In this document: piece by piece, positions 8,951 to 18,700 of the stretch
Layout of the letters: the number at the start of each line of letters is the position of its first letter
How positions within the stretch are numbered: position 1 is the first letter of the stretch
Virus record (IMG/VR): IMGVR_UViG_3300025769_000007
Location: 1-61,274 of that record
DNA length: 61,274 nucleotides
Source: a virus
Taxonomy: Duplodnaviria; Caudoviricetes
Reading direction: 5' to 3' (one strand)
Notes under the pieces: model-generated
The model's input: only the letters and a program-made list of their open reading frames with translations
Told to the model about the DNA's origin: nothing
Databases searched by the model: none
Program-made: the position numbers and the translations under genes

Positions 8951-9216
8951 TGAAAGAAGAAAATCAATTAAACTTACTGCTATTACTAGCTACGTTTAAA
9001 AGCTTTAGTGAGCAGTTGTACAACCTAAAGGGTGAGCATTCAGGGCTGGTTAAAAAGAAGTTTAACATGCTAATGAACGCTGTAAGTAGTTACGAGAGAA
9101 CCATAGACGAAGAGTGGTTAAAAGAAAATAAGTCTGTTATTGAGGACTTAAACGACTCAGTTACTGATTTTATTTATATACTAAGAGACGAATCCATTAA
9201 ACGAAATACTAACTAA
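8950..9216 (+). CDS. Hypothetical protein
   Basis: 88-aa coupled ORF. Confidence 0.7.
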   Translation: MKEENQLNLLLLLATFKSFSEQLYNLKGEHSGLVKKKFNMLMNAVSSYERTIDEEWLKENKSVIEDLNDSVTDFIYILRDESIKRNTN

Positions 9217-9228
9217 AAACAATATAGT

Positions 9229-9414
9229 ATGGAACATGATTCAATTGAGTGGGGATGGGAAAGCCAAAGCCCACTAAACATGAGAAGTCAAGAGCATATA
9301 GCTTTTTTACTTAAAAGGTACAACGAAGGTAAACCTGAATCAGAACACGTAACAACAATGGCTCAGTTAAACAGAGCATTATTAAAAGAAGAGTCAGAAA
9401 ATTTGAATAGTTAA
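9229..9414 (+). CDS. Hypothetical protein
   Basis: 61-aa ORF with A-rich leader. Confidence 0.6.
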   Translation: MEHDSIEWGWESQSPLNMRSQEHIAFLLKRYNEGKPESEHVTTMAQLNRALLKEESENLNS

Positions 9415-9443
9415 ATTAAGTTAAACAATTAAATTAAATTAAA

Positions 9444-9710
9444 ATGGTCGTAGTAGCGATAACAGTCGTCTGCGTTATATGTATTCTTATAGCGTGGGAC
9501 ATGGTAAAGTATTCTCAAAAAATTAAAGAAAGTGAAAGACATAATAACAGAGTTCTTGAAACTATCAAAAAAGAAAAATCTAAGACTAAGCGTAGTCCAA
9601 AGATTTCTAAAGATCAAGTATCGAATAAACGTAAGTATAAGAGTGCTAAAAAGAAGGCTGTTGAATCTAAAGTAAAGAAAAATGCAGGAAGAAATAAGAA
9701 AAAAGTGTGA
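9444..9710 (+). CDS. Membrane-anchored basic protein
   Basis: N-terminal TM helix and Lys-rich tail. Confidence 0.65.
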   Translation: MVVVAITVVCVICILIAWDMVKYSQKIKESERHNNRVLETIKKEKSKTKRSPKISKDQVSNKRKYKSAKKKAVESKVKKNAGRNKKKV

Positions 9711-10041
9711 TGAGATCAGGGACTTGTTAATAGAAAAGAATAAGTCTTACGGAAACTCAGTTTTTGATAAAGGAGTTTTGTTTAATGTTGATCCTATGTA
9801 CGCTATCCAAGCTCGTATAAATGACAAGCTTAACCGTATAAAAAGTAAGGAAACCTATATGAGTGAGAATGATCTCATGGATCTTACGGGATACCTTATA
9901 TTATTACAGGTTTATATGGACGAGGTAGATAAAAGAATGAGTGAAACTATTAAGTCTGCTGAGACATATAAAGAGGGTGAAACACCATTTACTTACGAGT
10001 GGTCTACAAATGGAGAAGATGAGACTGGAACCCCGATTTGA
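9682..10041 (+). CDS. DUF1599 / nucleotide-modification-associated domain 1-like protein
   Basis: LLIEKNKSYGNS...ARINDKLNRIK...DLMDLTGYLIL. Confidence 0.75.
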   Translation: MQEEIRKKCDEIRDLLIEKNKSYGNSVFDKGVLFNVDPMYAIQARINDKLNRIKSKETYMSENDLMDLTGYLILLQVYMDEVDKRMSETIKSAETYKEGETPFTYEWSTNGEDETGTPI

Positions 10042-10462
10042 AAGTAAAGAGGATAGAGAAAGAGAGGCTGAAACTCTTCGCATCCTCCTCGAGGGAAAAG
10101 ATTTAACCTTTAAGCAGTTAGATAAGTACGCACCAGTAGATGCTGAGATTATAGATAATAAGACCATGAAGGTTGTATCTTTATGCGAAATTAAAACAAT
10201 GTCTTTAAATATGACTGACGTACAGAGAGCTAGAACTTCAGTAAGAAAGATACAGCATTGCCAGAAAGAAGCCCTTCAAAAAGAGTTACCTTTATGTATA
10301 GCTTGGAGATTTCTCGATGGAATTGGTTATATTTGGATGCACGAAATAACAAAAGCCACAGTTGAGTGGGGTGGCATGAGAAACCCACGACCAGGATCTA
10401 TATGGGATAGAGAATTGTTATTCTATATAGACCTAGATTTACTAACTATAATTAAATTTTAG
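10010..10462 (+). CDS. PD-(D/E)XK-fold nuclease-like protein
   Basis: YAPVDAEI...LCEIKT motif; start probably at 10010 or 10019 rather than 9941. Confidence 0.6.
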   Translation: MEKMRLEPRFESKEDREREAETLRILLEGKDLTFKQLDKYAPVDAEIIDNKTMKVVSLCEIKTMSLNMTDVQRARTSVRKIQHCQKEALQKELPLCIAWRFLDGIGYIWMHEITKATVEWGGMRNPRPGSIWDRELLFYIDLDLLTIIKF

Positions 10463-10464
10463 AC

Positions 10465-10656
10465 ATGAACAAGCAACAGAAAGACAGAGAACAACAGGTT
10501 AGACTATTAAAGTTTGACTGTGAAATGAGAGCTAGAGTATTAGAGATAGCCTCAGGACTACCAACAAGTAAGAACGCTAAATCTCTTTTAGAGAACGCAG
10601 ACAAGCTTGCCAAATATGTATTTGGTATACCAGATCAGCCTAAGGAAAAGAAATAA
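10465..10656 (+). CDS. Hypothetical protein
   Basis: 63-aa ORF. Confidence 0.65.
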   Translation: MNKQQKDREQQVRLLKFDCEMRARVLEIASGLPTSKNAKSLLENADKLAKYVFGIPDQPKEKK

Positions 10657-10688
10657 TTCGTATCTTGCGTGTTATAATATAGTTTAGT

Positions 10689-10961
10689 ATGGCACGAAAT
10701 AAATTAGCTGGTAAGATTAACGGTAAGAGCAAAAGCTCTAAGCATTACGCTAAAAACCCTAAGTCTAGAAAAAAGAAAAACGAATACGATAAAGAGTATT
10801 CCTCTTCTGAAGAGAGGAAAAAGTATCGTGTTAAGTTAAATCTTTTTAATAGAAAGAAAGGTAAGAAGGGTGACGGCATGGATGCTTCTCACACAAAAAA
10901 TGGTGGGCTAGTTATGGAAGGGCAGTCTAAAAATAGAGCAAGGAATAGAAATAAAAAATAA
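10689..10961 (+). CDS. Small basic protein with degenerate HNH-like motif
   Basis: GDGMDASHTKNG...SKNRARN. Confidence 0.6.
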   Translation: MARNKLAGKINGKSKSSKHYAKNPKSRKKKNEYDKEYSSSEERKKYRVKLNLFNRKKGKKGDGMDASHTKNGGLVMEGQSKNRARNRNKK

Positions 10962-10982
10962 TTATTTTCGTAACTTGCTTTA

Positions 10983-11444
10983 ATGCGATTTAAAAGACGA
11001 AAGGGAAAACAGATAACTAAAGCTAAGAAACACGTTGTAGATGGTATTACATTTGCTTCAGGACTAGAGCTGTACTGTTATAAAGCCCTAAAGAAAGCAA
11101 AGATCCCCCACGAATATGAAGGAAAGACCTTTGAGCTTGTAGAGAAATTCAAGTTCGAGGGTCTTCTCATGGATAAGGGTAAGACAAAAGGTAAAACCAC
11201 CTTTAAACAAAAGCCTGGTAACATAAGAAATATATCTTACACACCAGACTTTATTAATTTAGAAGAGGGTTTTATTATAGAAACAAAAGGTATAAGAACT
11301 CCTGAATTTAAGATGAGGTTCAAACTATTTTTAAAGTATCTTTATGATACTAATCAAAAATTAGACGTATATGTCCCATCAAATCAAAAGGAAGTTGACG
11401 CAACTGTAAACCTTATTTTAAACAGGGGTTCTTTTAAAAAATAG
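10983..11444 (+). CDS. Endonuclease I-like Holliday junction resolvase
   Basis: FASGLE, YEGK, SYTPDF, IIETKG motifs of the T7 endonuclease I-like family. Confidence 0.8.
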   Translation: MRFKRRKGKQITKAKKHVVDGITFASGLELYCYKALKKAKIPHEYEGKTFELVEKFKFEGLLMDKGKTKGKTTFKQKPGNIRNISYTPDFINLEEGFIIETKGIRTPEFKMRFKLFLKYLYDTNQKLDVYVPSNQKEVDATVNLILNRGSFKK

Positions 11445-11662
11445 CTCTCCATTTTTTTTACTTATTTATAAGTTTTTTGGATTTAATTTACAGGAGAGTT
11501 TAGTACGAGAGCAAGCTGCGTGAGTGCTGCATAGTATACGAGAGTGGGCTGCGTGAGTGCTACATATCTAAATCCTGGCTTTAAGCAATATGGGCTAGGT
11601 TGTTCTTGTATTCGGGGGGTTTTTGAGATTTGGTCGTCCATGCGGCCCCCCAATACTTTTTT
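11445..11662 (+). ncRNA. Candidate structured small RNA with tandem repeat hairpins
   Basis: Non-coding, locally GC-rich; two copies of TACGAGAG-NNN-GCTGCGTGAGTGCT-R-CATA, further hairpins and a U-tract. Confidence 0.5.
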
Positions 11663-11676
11663 AAAATAATATAGTA

Positions 11677-11832
11677 ATGTTACACGATAGAGATGAAGCT
11701 TTAAGAGAAGCGTTAAGAAAGTCAGACGAGTCTAGAGATAACCTTTTTGAATCATGGATAGTAGATCTTGTAGATCCAGAAGATGAGGACGAGTCTTGTG
11801 AAGATGGTTGTTGTGGAGATAGCTGTGAATAA
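11677..11832 (+). CDS. Small acidic Cys-rich protein (51 aa, not in ORF track)
   Basis: MLHDRDEAL...ESCEDGCCGDSCE*, TAATG coupling to phoH. Confidence 0.65.
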   Translation: MLHDRDEALREALRKSDESRDNLFESWIVDLVDPEDEDESCEDGCCGDSCE

Positions 11833-12491
11833 TGACAGATAACAAGGATAAAAAAAGACCCAAGGGTAACATTAAGTTTAATATAACCCTATCTGAAGAA
11901 CAGAAGAAGGCTAAAGAAAGTATCTTGAGCCACGCTTTTAGTTTTGTAATAGGTAAGGCTGGATCTGGTAAGACCCTTCTTGCCGTTCAAGTCGCTCTTG
12001 ACATGTTCTTTAAAAGGCAGTATAGTAAGATTATAATTACTAGGCCTACTATAGCTACTGAAGATAACGGTTTCCTCCCAGGTAGCGAGAAAGAAAAGCT
12101 TGAGCCTTGGCTTGTACCAATCATGTCAAACATGCGTAAGGTTTACAATAAGGCTGATAAGATTAATAGTATGGTTGAGAAAGGGGAGATAGAGCTTGTG
12201 TCTTTATCTCACTTTAGAGGTAGGACGTTTGACAACTCTGTAGTTATAGTAGATGAGTTTCAGAACTTAACTAAGGCTCAGTTTCGTATGGCTTTAGGTA
12301 GGCTAGGTAAAGATTCTATAATGATATTCTGTGGTGACAATCAGCAGATCGACCTTAAAGATCAGAACTACTCAGCAATACATGACGTTGCTAAAATAAA
12401 AGATAGTGATTTTGTATTCAAGGTTATACTAGAAGATAACCATAGGCATCAAGCGATAGATGACGTTCTTAAGCTACTTAGCGGCTACTAA
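11832..12491 (+). CDS. phoH: PhoH-family ATPase
   Basis: GKAGSGKT, ITRP, GFLPG, FRGRTF, VDEFQN, GDNQQID. Confidence 0.95.
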   Translation: MTDNKDKKRPKGNIKFNITLSEEQKKAKESILSHAFSFVIGKAGSGKTLLAVQVALDMFFKRQYSKIIITRPTIATEDNGFLPGSEKEKLEPWLVPIMSNMRKVYNKADKINSMVEKGEIELVSLSHFRGRTFDNSVVIVDEFQNLTKAQFRMALGRLGKDSIMIFCGDNQQIDLKDQNYSAIHDVAKIKDSDFVFKVILEDNHRHQAIDDVLKLLSGY

Positions 12492-12619
12492 TCCCAGATA
12501 ACATAGAAGCATATAACTCCAGCAAAGATCTGGATTTCGCTGTATGGCATAGATTCTGTTGGGGCAAATAATCTGAACCCAAACATAACCCCATTGAGTA
12601 ATTGTATTCCTATTTCCAT
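12488..12619 (-). CDS. Small hydrophobic protein (43 aa)
   Basis: MEIGIQLLNG...FYVIWD; promoter-like TATATTAG just upstream. Confidence 0.55.
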   Translation of the reverse strand: MEIGIQLLNGVMFGFRLFAPTESMPYSEIQIFAGVICFYVIWD

Positions 12620-12633
12620 AGAGCTAATATAGT

Positions 12634-12662
12634 AAAAAAAAAGGAGGGAACCACCCCTCCTT
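12634..12662 (-). terminator. Intrinsic terminator ending the late arm / sRNA
   Basis: Minus strand AAGGAGGG-GTGGTT-CCCTCCTT plus T-run. Confidence 0.85.
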
Positions 12663-12735
12663 TCAAACAACCAAAAAACTAATCTATGAATGCGAACAAA
12701 AAAGCAAACTGCTCCAGAATGGAGCCTTAGAAAAG
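12634..12735 (-). ncRNA. Candidate trans-acting antisense sRNA of about 100 nt
   Basis: Bounded by a TAAATTTG promoter (12741-12748) and a terminator (12634-12662); 18-nt perfect complement to leader 6557-6574. Confidence 0.6.
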
Positions 12736-12740
12736 TACTA

Positions 12741-12748
12741 CAAATTTA
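12741..12748 (-). promoter_or_regulatory. -7 promoter box TAAATTTG
   Basis: Matches TAnnTTTG; no ORF between it and the terminator. Confidence 0.6.
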
Positions 12749-12782
12749 GTAATTAATTATTTAATTATATAATGTTTGTAAA

Positions 12783-15700
12783 TTATTTAGCCTCTACGTT
12801 TATATAATCTTCTTGGTATCTAGATTTAGCTCTCTGATCTACAAGCTTTATAACTTCTTCACTAATTCTAGAGTTCCTAAATATAGCTAAAATATCATCA
12901 CCTTCTATACTGTTTAGTATACCTGCACCATAAACATCAACAAGTCTATTAACGTAGTTATCCATTTTAGAATCATAAGTAGATCCTCCAGAGTTAGACG
13001 TATTCATTAACATGTCTTGATCTTTCAAAACTTCATATCCAACTCTATCTATCATATCTTTGTAAACGTAGTAAGCCTGTATAGACATATTCTTATTTAC
13101 GTTAACTCTACTTACTCTTAACCCAAAGAAAGCTAGTACCTCATACTCAGGAACCATTTCAGAATCTCTATCCATTGAATCGTAAATTCTTTTTCCTGTT
13201 TTTAAAGCTCCAGGACCGATCTTATTACCCACGTAAGACATAACACTAGCTATCTGCATGTGAGGTTTATCTGTAGGGTTAAACACCTTATTTCCATCGT
13301 TATTTATAGCGTCCCTCAATACCTTTAAAGTCATCTCCTCTCCTAAGAATGGAGCGTAAACCTTTTCTAAAACATCCATCATGGATTCTTTACCTATCTT
13401 AGTGTTAAGATCGTTAAACATAATTCTCATTATGTCTTTCGTATAACCAACACCAGATATGCTAGAGAAGTTTATGTAATCAAAGTATTTATCTTTTTGT
13501 GTTTGACCCTCAGTTTGTCTAGAGTCAAGTTCACCTTTAGATATGTAAGATATATTTCCTGAAGCGTCCCATTCAGGCATTAAAGTTCTCATCATTCTCT
13601 CCTCAATCTTCTCATCATCCTCTCCACCTAAGCCAATCATTTGACCTAAGAACTGTGCAGTATACAACTGAATACTTTCCATTAAGTACATAGTAAATAT
13701 AGTACCTGCTATTCTTGTAGCTCCAATCTTTTTAATCTTTGAATTATCACTTCCCATCTCCTCAAATCCTAGTGCTAAAGTATTCTTAGCGTTACGAACA
13801 GATTCAGCCTGGAAAGCAACGAATGATCCAACTAAAGGAGAACGACCAAGTAATCTAATTATACGAGGAACCTCGTTGTAGTTAGGGTAAAGGTTTCTAA
13901 TGTTTTTTGCAGCCATCTCTTCAGCTGTTGAAACATCTAAACCAGCCTTTATGTATCTAGCTTTTTCAGATATAAACCCAAAGATTTTCCAAATATCATC
14001 TTCAGCCTGATAAGCACTCATAGCTTTATCATCAAATAGTTTAATAAGTTTTTTACTACCTCTACCTACTTTAGCTATTTGCTTACCAACATATCCCTTT
14101 GATTCATCTAAGTATTCTGATAAGTCAAAGTTACTATCGTATACATCGTTAGCTATACCTCTTATCTCTTGAAGTGAAGCTGAAGAGTTTACCACACCTA
14201 ACTTAACTAGCTTTGAGTATAAAGCTTCAAGCTCAGCATCCTTAAGACCTCTTACTGCGTTAAAAGATGTTTTACTATCCTTATACATTCCACCTCTAAA
14301 CCCTATATGACCATTCATGGTAGCAAAAGCACTGTTACCAATAATGTTTTTAAAGTGAGTGCCAGGATTCCACACAGTCTTCATCTTCTTATTAAATAAG
14401 ACTACCTTCATGTAGAAGTTATACCACCACTTGCTATCAAAACCGTCAGAGACCTGATTCATAACAGCAAACATCTCTTCGTCAACAAACTTACCCTCTA
14501 AAGATCCAAACTTAGATCCCTTTAACTCGTAGTAGGTATCACTAGTCTGCTCGTTAGATATAAACTTGCCATTACCAACGTCATATATTTCTCTAAACAT
14601 TCTTTCGGCAGAAACTGTTCTAGCAAGCTTACTAACTGTGTTGCTATAATTAAATAAAGGGTTATCTATTTGACCCCAAAGTTCTCTAATCTCTTCAGGT
14701 ATAACCTTCTTCTCTTTAAATATAGAGCTAACTCTGTTTAAGCCATCAAGGCTAGTTGAGTTTTTCATGTTATAAAGAAACTCTTTATCTTCTGTAATCT
14801 TTCTATAGTTAACTTCAGCTTTATCTTTTATTTTATCTTTTGACATTAAAGTTATTGGTTCCCCATTTTCATCTAACCTACCCTCTTCAACATCTTTTTT
14901 GTTTTGAGACTCAACCTCTCTGTATAAGAACTCTTTAGCTTTCTTTATTATATCGTTGTCTGTCTGCTCCCATCCTTTAACCTCAAACTGTTTGTAAGAT
15001 CTTCTAACGTAGACACCCATGTTTTCATCTACAGTAAACATAGTGCTACCCTCAATCATTTCTTCTTCTATAAGGGTTCTACTAAGTTGATCTATGTGTA
15101 TTCTCATATCCATAAGAATAGACTTAATTTCTGAGTCTTCCATGGATCTAATCTCATCCATGTTATGAAGTAGATCGTTTATTTGACCTGATGTAAAGTC
15201 AGTACCTTCTAAAGCTTTCTTTAACGCTTTACTGTTTTCTGAAACTCTAAGCAACTCAGCGTTAAGATTACCTCTACTAAGTACCATTATCTCTTTAATC
15301 TCTTCGTTAGAGTGAGTGCCAAATGGCTTACCTAAAAGTTGAGACAATCTTATTTCATATTCTTTACCTTTATCAAATCCTGCTTTAGATAACTTTCCAG
15401 TTAAATACTTTCCTGCTTTATAATCAGCCTCAATAACTTTATCAGCAATATCAAAAGCTATAGTTGTTAACCCCGAAGTGTATACGTTAGTCTCTCCTTC
15501 TGCTTGAGGAGCCTGCATTCTAATATCAACAACAGGTCTAGCCATCTCAATCTTTCTTTGTCTTCTAGCTTGAGTTGTACCTTCACTTAATTTTTCTCCT
15601 GTTCTAGAATCTATTAAGAACTTATCAGCTAAGTTAAGTTCATCCCAAACTTCTGAAGCGTCAACAGACTCATCAAAGATCATTAAAGGCTCTCCCTTAA

Positions 15701-18700
15701 CAACGTATGGATAAGTAGGGTGATCTTTTATTTTATCGTCAAGCCTAGAGTCAACATATCCAGCATCTACATCTATTCTGATAGCAGATACTATAGGGTT
15801 TCCTTTTAGGTCTTTTATAATGTCTTGATTAACAGTGTTATATATTTCCTTCATAGAAGGAATACCCCACTTTTCAAATATCTTACTCTGGATAGATTTT
15901 CTTATTATATCTTTTCTAACACCAAAAGCCTGAGGCATAGATAGAACTAAATTACTAAACTCTTTTACAGATTTAATCTTAGACGTTTTTATACCTTGAT
16001 CCTTAGCTTTAGAGTCAAAAGACTTAATAGTCATCTTTTTATTAAGGAAGTCTACAACTTCTTTTTTAGTAGCTCTCTTATCTTTTATGGCTTGATCAAG
16101 TTCTTTCATAACGTAATCAAACATGTTAACGCTACCGTCAATAGATCCTGGAGCCATAGCAGTTAAGAAAACTAAACCATCACTTTCTTTAGCTGCGTTA
16201 ATCATTCTAGTCGCTGCAGCCTTATCTGAGAATGCCCAAACACCTGTGTCTTCTTGGTAAGGATAAAACACTCCACCATCAAACTCATGTTTAACTCCTG
16301 TTGGAGATACAACCATACCAGATGCTGACCTATCGGTTAACATAAGTAAAGCCTTCTGACCATTAAACTCTTTTATACTACCTCTTTTTACTTTTGATAC
16401 GTCAAAGTTTGGGTAAAATTCAGGAGCTTGAAATCTTATCTCTTGGGTTTGAGTATTATCTGGTATATTTATGTTTACAACACCAAGGTCAGAATTGTTT
16501 TCTAATTTGTCTACTTGAAATTTAATAGACTCGTTAACCTTATCTTTATCAGCTTGTATGTCTCCAACTTCAAACTCTACACCTCCAACGTTAATCTTTC
16601 TACCATTCACTAAAGCTTCAGCTAAATCTGTTCTTAAATTAGATAAAGACATCTGATTAAGATCTATAGCTTCAACATTATCAAAAGGGGATGTAATACC
16701 AAGTCTAGATAACATCGCTTTTATAACTTCTCTAATTCTAGATAGTTTAGATTGACTGTTTACAAAGTGACCATAAGCAGCGTCACCCATCATCTCAGCA
16801 AAAGCTTCCTCTATAAGTCCTTCTTCAGAGAGACCTTCGTAGTTTGCTTCAGCCCACTCAAGATAAGACCCCTTCATTCTATTACCATCCTTCATCACTC
16901 TTCTCTTAACACCACTCTCTTTAACTTCAGCCTCTATTCTTTCATATAAAGCTGGGTCAGTCTTCTTAATGAAGTCAACCATTGGGTGAATGATCTCGTG
17001 GAATAAAGTGTTACCCTGAACAGTTTCAAGGTTTACATATATAGTCTTGTTAGATCCTCTAAAGAAAGAACTCATTTTTTTAGAAGGGTCTTGTCCTATA
17101 GTTTTTAATTGCTCTTCCATAGCCTTACTGTTCCTAACAACAGTAACGTTAAGACCACCAATAGAACTAAGTAATTTAAAGGCAAAGCCTAAAACTCTTT
17201 TTCGATCTTTAGTTAAACCTTGAAACACTTCACTATCATGGTTAGGATCACTCTCGTCTAACTTGTGAATGTTATCTGAGTTAAAGTTTTTACCATAACT
17301 TGTGTTGGCCCACTCAAGACCTGTATGTATAGATGTTTTTTCACCTGCAACATTCATTATAGTTAAGGCATCTCTTTTTCTAGCGTCAACCCCCTTAGCT
17401 ACATCTCCGTTTAAAGGAACTACACGTCCATCACCAAACATCAACCCATCCTTAGACGAGAAGATAGACTCTTGTTGGAATTGGTTACCTATATTTAAAG
17501 CAGTGGCGTTATCTATTCCTGTTACCACAAGGCTTTCTTCAGCAACCCCGTTGTAAACACCTTGAACGGTATAATAAGTTGCACCAGCCTCATCTAGCAT
17601 AGACTTAAGACTCTCCATTCTAGAGACTCTCTCTTGCTCTGTTAGACCTTCTTTCTCTGAAGTTAACACGTGGTAATCGTTGTTATCTATAACCTCTTGA
17701 GGTATCTCGTCAAGAGTTTCTTTCTTTGTTTTTAAGAATAGTTTATTGTTAATAGGAAATGAACCACTACCTGTAGTGCTTTTAGGTCTTTCAGCTCTAA
17801 GTTTAGCTTTTCTATTTTCTACTATACTTTCACTATAGTTAGCTTCAAATCCTTCTCTAGTTTCTTTCTCTCTTTTATTTAAACTATATCCTTCATCTTC
17901 AGCAAATGGATGTAGTCCATCAATAAGCTGTTCATTACTTGCAGGATTATCTTTACTAAATTTTTCGCTAGAATATCTAGTACCTTCTTCATCTTTAAGC
18001 TCTACTCTTTTAGAACCATCTTTACTAGTTTTTACCTCAACAGTTTGTGAATTACCATCTCCGTCTGTTATAGTATAGTATTCTGTTCTAATAATACTGT
18101 CGTCTTGAGCTAACTCATCTGATGTAAACTCTTGTTCTGCTACTTCCTTTTTAGATGCCTTATTAGCAACCTCAAAGTCTTTCATAGCGTTCCTAGCTGC
18201 AGAAACACTTTTAAACTTACCTTGAGTTATCTCTGACGTTTGAGATACTTCGCCATTAACCTTTATACCACTTTGGTTTTGAGACTGAACCACTGTTGGC
18301 TTTCTCTTACCATCCTCCAATTGTTTCTTAACAGCGTCATACTGCTCTTGACTATCTATCTTTGTAGCGTCTACAGTTTCAGTGACTTTAGATACAGACG
18401 TGTTTTGAGATTCTACAGCGTCTACTATTTCTATATTGTTGTCATCAAGGATTTTTTTAGACTCAGCTCTAGCAGCTCTAGTGCTTTCAGTAACGTTGTA
18501 CTTAGACTTCTTACCTTCAGCCTCCATTTCAGAGATAGCACTTGCAAGACTAGAGACGTCCTCCATAGAAACCTCGTAGTCTTCTTTTTTAGCTTTAGCA
18601 TCCTCTTTTGCTTGATTGATTTTTCTAGATAAGCTAGATACAGCTTTCTCTTTTTCAAACATCTTAGCTTTAGCCTGCTGAGCATCAGGTGCACTGTGAC

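Noticed and set aside
11504-11566. Mini CRISPR array
   Set aside because: Only two copies 3 nt apart, no spacers and no cas genes
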